The notes beneath the pieces were generated by a model. The model was not told the origin of the DNA and ran no database searches. It saw only the letters and a program-made list of their open reading frames with translations. A DNA stretch of 64,000 nucleotides from Bacilli bacterium (GTDB taxonomy: Bacteria > Bacillota_I > Bacilli_A > RFN20 > CAG-449). Position numbers and translations under genes: made by a program. Shown one piece after another: positions 19,733-28,325 of this stretch; positions within the stretch are counted from its first letter, which is position 1; every line of letters starts with the position of its first letter. The stretch lies in assembly GCA_048359995.1 (NCBI GenBank), contig DBGCPK010000017.1, forward strand, positions 137,240 through 201,239, given 5' to 3'.

Positions 19733-20434
19733 ATGTACAATTACATTTATACAAATGACGTCAAGGAAGAATGCGTCGTCAGAAAAGGCTGCGATCACGG
19801 ACCTGCACCGATTCCGGAAGAAGGCAAATGGGTTAAATCGAAGCAAATCACCGATATCTCGGCTTTGAGCCACGGCGTCGGCTGGTGCGCTCCGCAGCAA
19901 GGCGCGTGCAAATTGACTTTGAATGTGAAAGAAGGCGTGATCGAAGAAGCGTTGATTGAAACCATCGGCTGCTCGGGCATGACTCATTCCGCGGCTATGG
20001 CTGCGGAAATTCTGCAAGGAAAGACGATTCTCGAAGCGCTCAACACGGATTTGGTCTGCGACGCCATCAACGTGGCGATGAGGGAAATCTTCAAGCAGTT
20101 GGTCTACGGTCGTTCTCAGACGGCTTTCTCGGAAGGGGGACTTCCGATCGGATCTTCGCTCGACGATCTCGGGAAAGGACTTCGGAGTCAGATCGGAACG
20201 ATGTTCGGCACGAAGTTGAAAGGACCGCGCTATTTGGAAATGGCGGAAGGTTATGTGCTGAAAATCGCCCTTGACGACAACGACGAAATCTGCGGCTATC
20301 AATACGTCAATCTCGGCAAGATGATGGAAGCGATCAAAAAGGGAACCGATCCGAAAGTCGCTTACGAATCCTGCATCGGGAAATACGGACGTTTCGACGA
20401 TGCGCCGAAACACATCGATCCGAGAAAAGAATAG
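19733..20434 (+). CDS. NifU/IscU-like Fe-S scaffold-domain protein (divergent)
   Basis: GWCAPQQGAC...IGCSGMTHSAAMA...LVCDAIN matches the IscU three-Cys pattern. Confidence 0.65.
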   Translation: MYNYIYTNDVKEECVVRKGCDHGPAPIPEEGKWVKSKQITDISALSHGVGWCAPQQGACKLTLNVKEGVIEEALIETIGCSGMTHSAAMAAEILQGKTILEALNTDLVCDAINVAMREIFKQLVYGRSQTAFSEGGLPIGSSLDDLGKGLRSQIGTMFGTKLKGPRYLEMAEGYVLKIALDDNDEICGYQYVNLGKMMEAIKKGTDPKVAYESCIGKYGRFDDAPKHIDPRKE

Positions 20435-20445
20435 GAGAAACGAGT

Positions 20446-21447
20446 ATGGCAACCTTTGAAAATCAAGAACGTCGGATGGACGGCATCAATGAATGTTTGA
20501 AAAAATACGGCATCGCGAGTTTGGACGAAGCCAGAGAAATCTGTTTGTCCAAAGGAATCGATGTGGAGAAAATCGTGCTTGGCGTTCAGCCGATCGCTTT
20601 CCAAAACGCCGTGTGGGCGTACACTTTGGGAACGGCGATCGCGTTGAAAGAGAATGCGGCTACCGCATCCGAAGCTTCGCACTTGGTCGGTGTGGGCTTA
20701 CAGGCTTTCTGCATTCCGGGGTCGGTCGCGGAAACCCGTAAAGTCGGACTCGGACACGGCGATTTAGGCGCAATGCTGCTCGACGAGAAGACCGAATGCT
20801 TTTGCTTCTTGGCCGGTCACGAATCTTTCGCCGCGGCGGAAGGTGCGATCGGTATCGCCAGAAACGCCAATAAAGTGAGAGTCAAGCCGCTTCGCGTCGT
20901 GTTAAACGGTTTGGGGAAAGACGCGGCTTACATCATCTCCCGAATCAACGGATTCACCTACGTTCAGACCGAATACGACTTCGAGCATTCCAAATTGAAC
21001 GTGGTTAGAGAAGTTCCGTTCTCGACCGGAGAAAGAAGCGCGATCAAATGTTATGGCGCGGACGAAGTCAACGAGGGCGTAGCGATCATGATTCACGAAA
21101 AAGTCGGTGTATCGATCACAGGAAACTCGACCAATCCGGTTCGATTCCAGCATTTGGTAGCGGGCACCTACAAGAAATGGGCTAACGAAAATAACTTCAA
21201 GTATTTCTCGGTGGCTTCCGGAGGCGGAACTGGAAGAACATTGCATCCGGACAATATGGGCGCGGGACCTTCTTCTTACGGCTTGACCGATACGTTGGGA
21301 AGAGTGCACGGAGATGCTCAATTTGCCGGTTCGTCCTCTGTTCCGGCTCACGTGGAAATGATGGGGCTGATCGGAATGGGCAACAACCCGATGGTCGGCG
21401 CGACGGTTTCCTGCGCAGTGGCAGTGAGTCTCGCACTGAAAAAATAA
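20446..21447 (+). CDS. GGGtGRT family protein (uncharacterised)
   Basis: Contains ASGGGTGRTLHPDNMGAGP. Confidence 0.8.
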   Translation: MATFENQERRMDGINECLKKYGIASLDEAREICLSKGIDVEKIVLGVQPIAFQNAVWAYTLGTAIALKENAATASEASHLVGVGLQAFCIPGSVAETRKVGLGHGDLGAMLLDEKTECFCFLAGHESFAAAEGAIGIARNANKVRVKPLRVVLNGLGKDAAYIISRINGFTYVQTEYDFEHSKLNVVREVPFSTGERSAIKCYGADEVNEGVAIMIHEKVGVSITGNSTNPVRFQHLVAGTYKKWANENNFKYFSVASGGGTGRTLHPDNMGAGPSSYGLTDTLGRVHGDAQFAGSSSVPAHVEMMGLIGMGNNPMVGATVSCAVAVSLALKK

Positions 21448-21456
21448 AAAAGCAAA

Positions 21457-21490
21457 AGAGTCCATCTGCAAAGATGGGCTTTTAATTTGG
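21457..21490 (+). terminator. Putative terminator after the GGGtGRT gene
   Basis: CCATCTGCAAAGATGG hairpin then GCTTTTAATTT. Confidence 0.35.
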
Positions 21491-21606
21491 ACAAAAATGG
21501 GAATAAACTCGCAAAATGTCGAATTTTCCGGAAAATAATAAAAAAATGTAAAAAAACGGCGATTTCATAATAGAATTTTTTGTATATTCTGAAAGGAGAA
21601 TAAACC

Positions 21607-21984
21607 ATGTCTTTAAAAAAAGAGGAAAAGGCAATTACGGAAATCGCCGAGAAGTACAAAAAAACGTTTAGCAATCTGATTAAAAACGGAAAGGAGTCGA
21701 ATCTTCCGCAGTTGTTGAAAGATGAATCGCAACCATATTTTTCTTCGGTCAACATTCTCGATTACGCCAAGGAAAATCTAAATTTCGATCAGCGGTTTAT
21801 CATCCACATTCACTTCTGCCTTTCTTTGATGAAACCGCAGGAAAGGGAAATCATCTGGAAAGAGTTTTTCATCACGCAGACGAGCGAAAATAAGATCAAC
21901 TGGTGGTCATATCATTACGCTCGTTCGACCTACTATCGGATCCGTAACCGCGCGATCCTCAACTTTTACCGCTTATGCGCATAG
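21607..21984 (+). CDS. Small ArpU/sigma-70 region-4-like putative transcription regulator
   Basis: C-terminal EREIIWKEFF...STYYRIRNRAILNFYRL resembles ArpU/RinA-type HTH. GGAG RBS. Confidence 0.4.
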   Translation: MSLKKEEKAITEIAEKYKKTFSNLIKNGKESNLPQLLKDESQPYFSSVNILDYAKENLNFDQRFIIHIHFCLSLMKPQEREIIWKEFFITQTSENKINWWSYHYARSTYYRIRNRAILNFYRLCA

Positions 21985-22847
21985 GGATCGGAGGAGTACT
22001 CATCGCTTTACTCTCTGCTCTTTCTTGGAAAACGGAAGAGAGAGTCTGCATTTTCAAGTCTGCGCATTTAAACTACGAACAGGGGAATTTTTATTTTCAT
22101 TTTCAGGAAATTTCCGGATTTTACGAAATTTTTCAGGTTAAAGTCAACGGAATGACGACGATGAAGGTGAATCATTTGAAAAGGATCTCATCGTTTCCGA
22201 TCGGTTCTTTGAATTACGATGAAAATAACGAAATCCTCGTTTCTTTCGATCAAAAAACGTACGCGTTTTATCTTTTTCCGAAGCGCAAAATCGGATTGCT
22301 CGGAAGCGGATTTTCTTTCAACGATCTGATCGACGACAAGGAGAATATCATCGAATTTCAGGACAGCCAGTATTTCATAATGAGAGATTACGAAGAAGAG
22401 GTGCGGAATGCATTTCCATATTACGATTTCCAAAACCTTCCCGCTTTTTCATTTGACGCGCGGTATATTCTCGGTGAAAAAATCGAAATGGTTGTCTATT
22501 CCGACGGGCTTTTTCCGTCCTTAAACGGCGAGGACGGCTATCATTTTCTTCTTTCGGCGGTAAAAGGGGAGAACGCGTATTCGTTCGCCTATCGAGGGGT
22601 AGATCCGATTTATCATCCGGAAGCCGGTGAGGAATTTCAGCGTTCCGAACTCTGCTTCGGATTGTTTCATCAGGCGAAGCGCGCCGACGTACGCGTCGAG
22701 ATCGACGGACTTTACGGAAGTCCGATCAATCTTTTTTTCACGCAGACGGTCGATCTTTCATCTCCCCTGTTCGGAAATGAGGGAGTATATGCTATACGGA
22801 TTTCCGATTCCGAAAAGGACGAGTACGTCTGGGAGTTTGACTTATGA
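21975..22847 (+). CDS. Hypothetical secreted protein
   Basis: N-terminal hydrophobic signal segment. Start overlaps the upstream stop. Confidence 0.45.
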   Translation: MRIGIGGVLIALLSALSWKTEERVCIFKSAHLNYEQGNFYFHFQEISGFYEIFQVKVNGMTTMKVNHLKRISSFPIGSLNYDENNEILVSFDQKTYAFYLFPKRKIGLLGSGFSFNDLIDDKENIIEFQDSQYFIMRDYEEEVRNAFPYYDFQNLPAFSFDARYILGEKIEMVVYSDGLFPSLNGEDGYHFLLSAVKGENAYSFAYRGVDPIYHPEAGEEFQRSELCFGLFHQAKRADVRVEIDGLYGSPINLFFTQTVDLSSPLFGNEGVYAIRISDSEKDEYVWEFDL

Positions 22848-23176
22848 TCGTTTTGATACTGATCCTTTCATTCGGTCTGGTTTTACCTTTCGAAGCGACG
22901 AGAACCGAAATAAGCCGTTATCTCGATCTGATGCTGCCGTACGTCTATTACGATTCGATTTATCTCGAACAAAACGGCATCTTTCTCGACAAGGAGAGAT
23001 TGATGAACGAGGTCAACGAGGAGATAATCCGTTATTTCGCGGATTTCGATCGCGTGGAATCGGTAAAAACCTTCTATACATTTGACGATCTCACGCTTTC
23101 GTTTTCTCTGCATTACGTCCATTTTTATCGATCGTTTTCGATCGCAAAGGAGATCGCTGCAGATGAAAAAAGATAG
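22844..23176 (+). CDS. Hypothetical small secreted/membrane protein
   Basis: N-terminal TM segment. ATGA overlap with the upstream gene. Confidence 0.4.
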   Translation: MIVLILILSFGLVLPFEATRTEISRYLDLMLPYVYYDSIYLEQNGIFLDKERLMNEVNEEIIRYFADFDRVESVKTFYTFDDLTLSFSLHYVHFYRSFSIAKEIAADEKR

Positions 23177-24047
23177 TCAACGGATTCTGCTATACGCTGT
23201 GATCGCCGTTATCGACTTCCTTTCCGGATTTTATTGGTCGCTCCTATCTCTTGCTTTTCTGACCGCCGTCGAAGGGATTTCCGCGCGAAAACGGCGCGCT
23301 TTCCAATTCAAACTCGACCTTTTGAAAGTCGTCAATCCCCACTTCCGCGACAGAAAAGAAAAACTGGTCCGCGCCTTCGGATCGTCGGATCTGACTTACG
23401 AGGATTACTGCTTGCTTTTGGAAGAACGCGCCGGAAATAAAAACGAAAAAAATTTTTTCTCCGAATTGAGGCGGTGTCGGAATTCCGCGGGTATCCTCCA
23501 CCTGATCCGCGATTACGAATCCCAAATGGAGAAAAGAGAAGAAGAATTGCCTTTTGATCGATGTCTCTTTTCGTTGACGATTTTGCTCTATTCGCTGATT
23601 CTCCCGTATTGCCGACACTCAATTATCTCCTATCTTTGGACCTGTTTGCTAAATTTGAATCTCGTTTTGAACGAATTTTTTCCGCCGAGGTTCTCTCCGA
23701 TCGAAAACTTTTTTCTTTCGTTTAATCGAAAGCTTTCCTATATGTTTCCGAAAGAAAGTTTCGAATCGACGCTTGAAGAATGTCCGAAAATCGCGCGGTG
23801 TTTTGAAACGTTGATCGAAAGCGTCCGGCGACAGGTTTGCGATCCCCGTTTGTTTTCGCATTCCGCGCACGGCATTTTGCTTTCGATGTACGGCGTTCTT
23901 TCTTTTGATACGGCTTTAACACGCCGTGAAATAGAGGAGACGGCTCTGCGAATCCGCGCGAAAAAGAACGAAACCCTTCTCCTCAGGAAAGAGAGAATCT
24001 TCGCCTTGGCTTATCTAGGCGTGATTTTGGGAGGAATCGCCTTATGA
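23163..24047 (+). CDS. Hypothetical membrane protein
   Basis: Two N-terminal TM helices and one C-terminal TM. Start overlaps the upstream stop. Confidence 0.4.
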   Translation: MKKDSQRILLYAVIAVIDFLSGFYWSLLSLAFLTAVEGISARKRRAFQFKLDLLKVVNPHFRDRKEKLVRAFGSSDLTYEDYCLLLEERAGNKNEKNFFSELRRCRNSAGILHLIRDYESQMEKREEELPFDRCLFSLTILLYSLILPYCRHSIISYLWTCLLNLNLVLNEFFPPRFSPIENFFLSFNRKLSYMFPKESFESTLEECPKIARCFETLIESVRRQVCDPRLFSHSAHGILLSMYGVLSFDTALTRREIEETALRIRAKKNETLLLRKERIFALAYLGVILGGIAL

Positions 24048-24346
24048 GGAAAAACCTGATATGGATTTTATCGGGGTTGACTTTTCTTTCTCTGAATTTC
24101 GAGTTCCGCGATCAACTTGCCTGTCGGCAGACGACGGGAATTCTCAAAACCTGCGGGATACTTTTGGAAAATGACATTCGAAAGTACGGTGTTCTTCTTC
24201 CCGCGACCGAAGCGGTATTCGAAAAATATCGCGTCGATTGGAGGATCGACGAGGAAAAAGAGGGATATATTCTGAAAACCACCTATTTTTCCATATGGAA
24301 AAACGGAGACGCCGAGGTTACCTTTTTCGTTGCGATAAGTCGGTAA
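24044..24346 (+). CDS. Hypothetical small secreted protein
   Basis: Signal-peptide-like N-terminus. ATGA overlap with the upstream gene. Confidence 0.4.
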   Translation: MRKNLIWILSGLTFLSLNFEFRDQLACRQTTGILKTCGILLENDIRKYGVLLPATEAVFEKYRVDWRIDEEKEGYILKTTYFSIWKNGDAEVTFFVAISR

Positions 24347-25727
24347 ACACAGATTCGAATTGCGATTTCAAGGTTTCCATATCCCCGTCGTTGTCGATGA
24401 GGTAGTCGCATCGACAAGCGTAACGATCGAATTTCGAACTTCGATTGATGGATAAATCCTGCGCGACGTTTTTCGATTTTCTTTTTCGGAGATGTTCGAT
24501 TTGGAAAGTCGATGAGCAGGTTATGCCGATGGCGTAATCGAAAAGGAGATGAAATCGGGTTTCGAACAGAAGAGGAACTTCGACGGCGGCAAGGGGGCAA
24601 GTTTTTTTCTGCGAAAGAAAGCGACGAACCCGTTCTTTGACCAAAGGGTGAATAAAGTTTTCGAGCCTCTTCTTCAATTCAGGCTGTTTTTCGACGATTT
24701 GCCGCAGGTATCCTCTGGAAATCGTCAGATTGTCATCGAGTACCTGTTCGGAAAACAAGGCGACCAAATGTTTTTTGACTTCGGTTTCTGCGTAGAGTTC
24801 GCCGACGATGGCGTCGCAGGAAAGTACCGGAACGCCCTTATCTTCGAACATTTTGAGAACGGTGGATTTCCCCGAAGCGATTTTTCCGGTGATGGCGACA
24901 GAAATGCCGACATTTTGGCATCTCGGACAATATGTGGTGCCTCTCCCGTGAATTTTGCTTTTCAACAGACGCGTCGAACAGATCGGACAAGGCGTTCCTC
25001 CTTTGCCGTAAACGTTGAGTCGGTTCTGGAAACGCCCGTCGACGCCTTGATCGGGATGATAACTGGAAACGGTCGATCCTCCGGAGAGAATCGCGTCGTT
25101 CAGCGTTTCGACGGAATAGGTCAGAATATCGCGGCAGTTTTCTTTTGTCAGCGCATCGGCTCTGAGAAAAGGATTGAGACGGCACTTGAAAAGCACTTCG
25201 TCGCAATAGATGTTGCCGAGTCCGGAAAGGATACTCTGATCGAGTAAGCACGTCTTGATTTCGGCAGAAGTCTTTTGAAAAATGCGGAAGAGATAGTCCG
25301 GATCTTCGACATCGAAAGGCTCTGGTCCGAGCCGACGGATTTCCGGATGGGCGTCGATTTGATCGGTCGGGCAAAGAAACATAACGCCGAAACGTCGGGA
25401 ATCTTCATAGCAGAGCCTCGTTCCGTCGTCCAAATGGAAAATGACGCGGGTATATCGCCCGATTTCCTCGTCCTTTTGAATGCAACGATATTTTCCTTCC
25501 ATTCGCAAGTGGGAAACGAGACTTCGGTTTCCGTCGAAATGAAAGAGAAGGTATTTTCCTCTCCGAGATACGGAAAGAATCGTTCTTCCTTTCAGTTCGT
25601 TGGCGAATTCTTCCAAGGGACTGTGAATCATCTTCGGATAGAGAATTTCGACATTTTCGATCGTGCGGTGAAGATATCGGGATTCCAAGATTCTCCGTAC
25701 GGTTTCGACTTCCGGTAATTCAGGCAT
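24318..25727 (-). CDS. mutM-coaE: Formamidopyrimidine-DNA glycosylase (Fpg/MutM) fused in-frame to dephospho-CoA kinase (CoaE)
   Basis: N-terminal PELPEVE. Zinc finger CPIC-x16-CPRCQ is followed directly by the CoaE P-loop ITGKIASGKST. No stop and no restart codon between them. Confidence 0.8.
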   Translation of the reverse strand: MPELPEVETVRRILESRYLHRTIENVEILYPKMIHSPLEEFANELKGRTILSVSRRGKYLLFHFDGNRSLVSHLRMEGKYRCIQKDEEIGRYTRVIFHLDDGTRLCYEDSRRFGVMFLCPTDQIDAHPEIRRLGPEPFDVEDPDYLFRIFQKTSAEIKTCLLDQSILSGLGNIYCDEVLFKCRLNPFLRADALTKENCRDILTYSVETLNDAILSGGSTVSSYHPDQGVDGRFQNRLNVYGKGGTPCPICSTRLLKSKIHGRGTTYCPRCQNVGISVAITGKIASGKSTVLKMFEDKGVPVLSCDAIVGELYAETEVKKHLVALFSEQVLDDNLTISRGYLRQIVEKQPELKKRLENFIHPLVKERVRRFLSQKKTCPLAAVEVPLLFETRFHLLFDYAIGITCSSTFQIEHLRKRKSKNVAQDLSINRSSKFDRYACRCDYLIDNDGDMETLKSQFESVFTDLSQRKR

Positions 25728-25739
25728 AGCGGTTTCCTC

Positions 25740-28325
25740 TCATTTGCATTCATACCACGTCTTGGCGATGTTTCCGTCTACTTTCAGTTTGACTTTCAGC
25801 GTATCGACGCAGTTCTCCATGATATTTTTTAAAATTCTCGGCATTTGCTCGACTTCTTCTTTCGGCACTTTGAAGATCAATTCGTCGTGAATCTGCAAAA
25901 CGATTTTGGTCTTGTAATGGTTTTCTTTCAAGAAACGGTCGACTTTGATCATGCAAATCTTCATAATATCCGCGGCAGTCCCTTGAATCGGCGCGTTCAT
26001 AGCGATCCTTTTTCCGAATTCCCGCGTCTGAAAATTCTCGCTGGACAATTCGGGAATATATCTCCGCCGATGGTACAGGGTAGAGCAGTAACCGTTTTCT
26101 TTGGCTTTGGCGATCGTCTCGGTAAAGTAGTCCTTGATTTCCGGAAATTCGTTGTAAAAAGTCTGGATTACCTCTTTGGCCTCTTTTGCACTGGTGGAAA
26201 TCCGTTCGCTCAACCCCCAATCGCTGATGCCGTAGATGATGCCGAAATTGATGGTTTTAGCTTGCCGTCTCAGTTCTTCGGTCAAATGTTCTTCGTCGAC
26301 GTGAAAGATTTTCATCGCGGTCGCGGAATGAATATCGCCCCCTCTATTGAAAACGTCGATCAATTCCCGACAGTCGCTCATCGACGCTAAAACGCGCAAC
26401 TCGACCTGAGAATAGTCCAAACTCAATAGGTAATTGGAATCGTCGTCATAGAAGAACGCTTTTCGAATCGCTTTTCCTTCTTTGGTTCGGGTCGAAATAT
26501 TTTGAAGATTCGGTTCACTCGAAGAGAGCCTTCCCGTCTGCGTCAGCGCCTGATTGAAAATCGTGTGGATTTTTCCGTCATCGTAAAGATAGGCGAGAAG
26601 CCCCTGACTGTACGTGGAAACGATTTTGGAATACTTCCGTTGTTCGATTAAAAGAGGGACGATCGGGTGCTTGTCTTTCAAATAATTCAGCACTTCGATC
26701 GAAGTCGATTCTTTTTTGTTCGACGGAAGGTGAAGACGTGTGAAGAGCAATTCGGCGACCTGCTTCGGAGAAGAGATGTTGAAGGAATATCCGGCGAGGG
26801 AGAAGATTTGATTTTGAATTTCTTCCAGTTTTTCGGTGTATTCGCCGTTGATCTTTTGAAGCACAGCCGCGTTGAGAGGAAATCCCTCGATTTCCATTTC
26901 GCTGAGAATGCAGCAAAGAGGAAGTTCGATTTCGTAATAGAGTTCCCCGTTATCCAAACGATCGATCTGCGCTACCAGTGTCGGATACAATTTTTCCAAA
27001 TAATAAGCCATTTTGTCGCAATAATTTTCTTCCAGAAGAGTTAGATTGTCTTTATAAAGCAAATTGACGCCGAAGTAGCCGAAAATATTGATCGGATCAT
27101 TGGTCAGCGACGGATTGATTATATATGCCGCCAGAGAAAAATCGAATCCGAGTCCGTCGACTTCGATACCCAAAAGGTGAAGCGACACTTTAAGGGCCTT
27201 GTAGTCGTAGGTTATCTTTTTTCGATTCCCGTCTTTCATGAAAGCGAGAAAATCCGGATCGTCAAAATTGCGCCGCGAAAAATAATAAACGCGTCCTTCC
27301 GAAGAGAAGTAAAGTCCGTGAAGGTAAGCCGAATGATAATTTCCTTCGTCGAGATCGGGAATCAGAACGCGAGGATTAGGAATGGAAGAAAAGGCATTGA
27401 TCTCTTCGACTTCGATATTCGGTCGGTCGTTTTGCTCGTGAATCACCTGTTTATCGCGCGGTTTCAGCTTTTTCAAAAGGGAAAAGCACTCGTAGCGCGT
27501 GTAAAAAGAAGAAAGCTGATTGTAATCGTATCCCTGATAGGTCAATTGGTCCAACTGAAAAGGCAATTCCATATTCGTGTCGATCGTCGCCAGTTTCTTG
27601 CAGAGGATACCCTGAGAAGCGTTTTCGCTGATTTTCTGAGCGATTTTAGAGGTCTGACCGCGCATATTCTCGATGATGTTTTCCAGACTTCCGTATTGGT
27701 TCAAGAGTTTGATCGCGGTCTTTTCTCCGATTCCGGGAATTCCTTTCAGATTGTCGCTGGGATCGCCCATCAGCCCTTTGTAATCGCAGACCTGCGCAGG
27801 AGATATGCCCATTTTGTCTTTCAAGGCTTCCGCATCCATCACTTCGATGTCGCTGAGACCTTTTCGGATCATCTTGACGGAAATTCTCTCGTCGATCAGT
27901 TGAAGATAGTCTTTGTCGCTCGTGTAACAATAGGTGCGGATTCCTTCTGCCGACGCTTTCTTGGCGATTGTCCCGGCAATATCATCTGCTTCATAACCTT
28001 CTTGTTCGTAGTAGAAGATTCCCATCGCTTTCAACAGATCGCGAGCAAGCGGAATTTGCAGTTTCAAATCGTCCTCGATCTCTTTTCTTTGCGCTTTGTA
28101 TTCCGGATATTCTTTGTGACGAAAAGTCTTCTTTCCGGTATCGAAACAGACGACGATCCGGTCATCGTCGTCGAGGGAAGAGACGATTTTTCCGATCATA
28201 TTGCTGAATCCGAATAGAGCGTTCGTGGGAAATCCGTCTTTCGTCCGCATGATGTTTCCACTGAAAGAAGTGGCGTAAAATGCTCGGAAGAGCAGGGAAT
28301 TTCCGTCGATAATGTGTAGAATCAT
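25740..28325 (-). CDS. polA: DNA polymerase I
   Basis: 861 aa. 5'-3' exonuclease domain, 3'-5'-like domain, and family A polymerase motifs. Confidence 0.95.
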   Translation of the reverse strand: MILHIIDGNSLLFRAFYATSFSGNIMRTKDGFPTNALFGFSNMIGKIVSSLDDDDRIVVCFDTGKKTFRHKEYPEYKAQRKEIEDDLKLQIPLARDLLKAMGIFYYEQEGYEADDIAGTIAKKASAEGIRTYCYTSDKDYLQLIDERISVKMIRKGLSDIEVMDAEALKDKMGISPAQVCDYKGLMGDPSDNLKGIPGIGEKTAIKLLNQYGSLENIIENMRGQTSKIAQKISENASQGILCKKLATIDTNMELPFQLDQLTYQGYDYNQLSSFYTRYECFSLLKKLKPRDKQVIHEQNDRPNIEVEEINAFSSIPNPRVLIPDLDEGNYHSAYLHGLYFSSEGRVYYFSRRNFDDPDFLAFMKDGNRKKITYDYKALKVSLHLLGIEVDGLGFDFSLAAYIINPSLTNDPINIFGYFGVNLLYKDNLTLLEENYCDKMAYYLEKLYPTLVAQIDRLDNGELYYEIELPLCCILSEMEIEGFPLNAAVLQKINGEYTEKLEEIQNQIFSLAGYSFNISSPKQVAELLFTRLHLPSNKKESTSIEVLNYLKDKHPIVPLLIEQRKYSKIVSTYSQGLLAYLYDDGKIHTIFNQALTQTGRLSSSEPNLQNISTRTKEGKAIRKAFFYDDDSNYLLSLDYSQVELRVLASMSDCRELIDVFNRGGDIHSATAMKIFHVDEEHLTEELRRQAKTINFGIIYGISDWGLSERISTSAKEAKEVIQTFYNEFPEIKDYFTETIAKAKENGYCSTLYHRRRYIPELSSENFQTREFGKRIAMNAPIQGTAADIMKICMIKVDRFLKENHYKTKIVLQIHDELIFKVPKEEVEQMPRILKNIMENCVDTLKVKLKVDGNIAKTWYECK

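Noticed and set aside
24549-25247. 232-aa + strand ORF opposite fpg-coaE
   Set aside because: Antisense shadow ORF within a confidently called gene.
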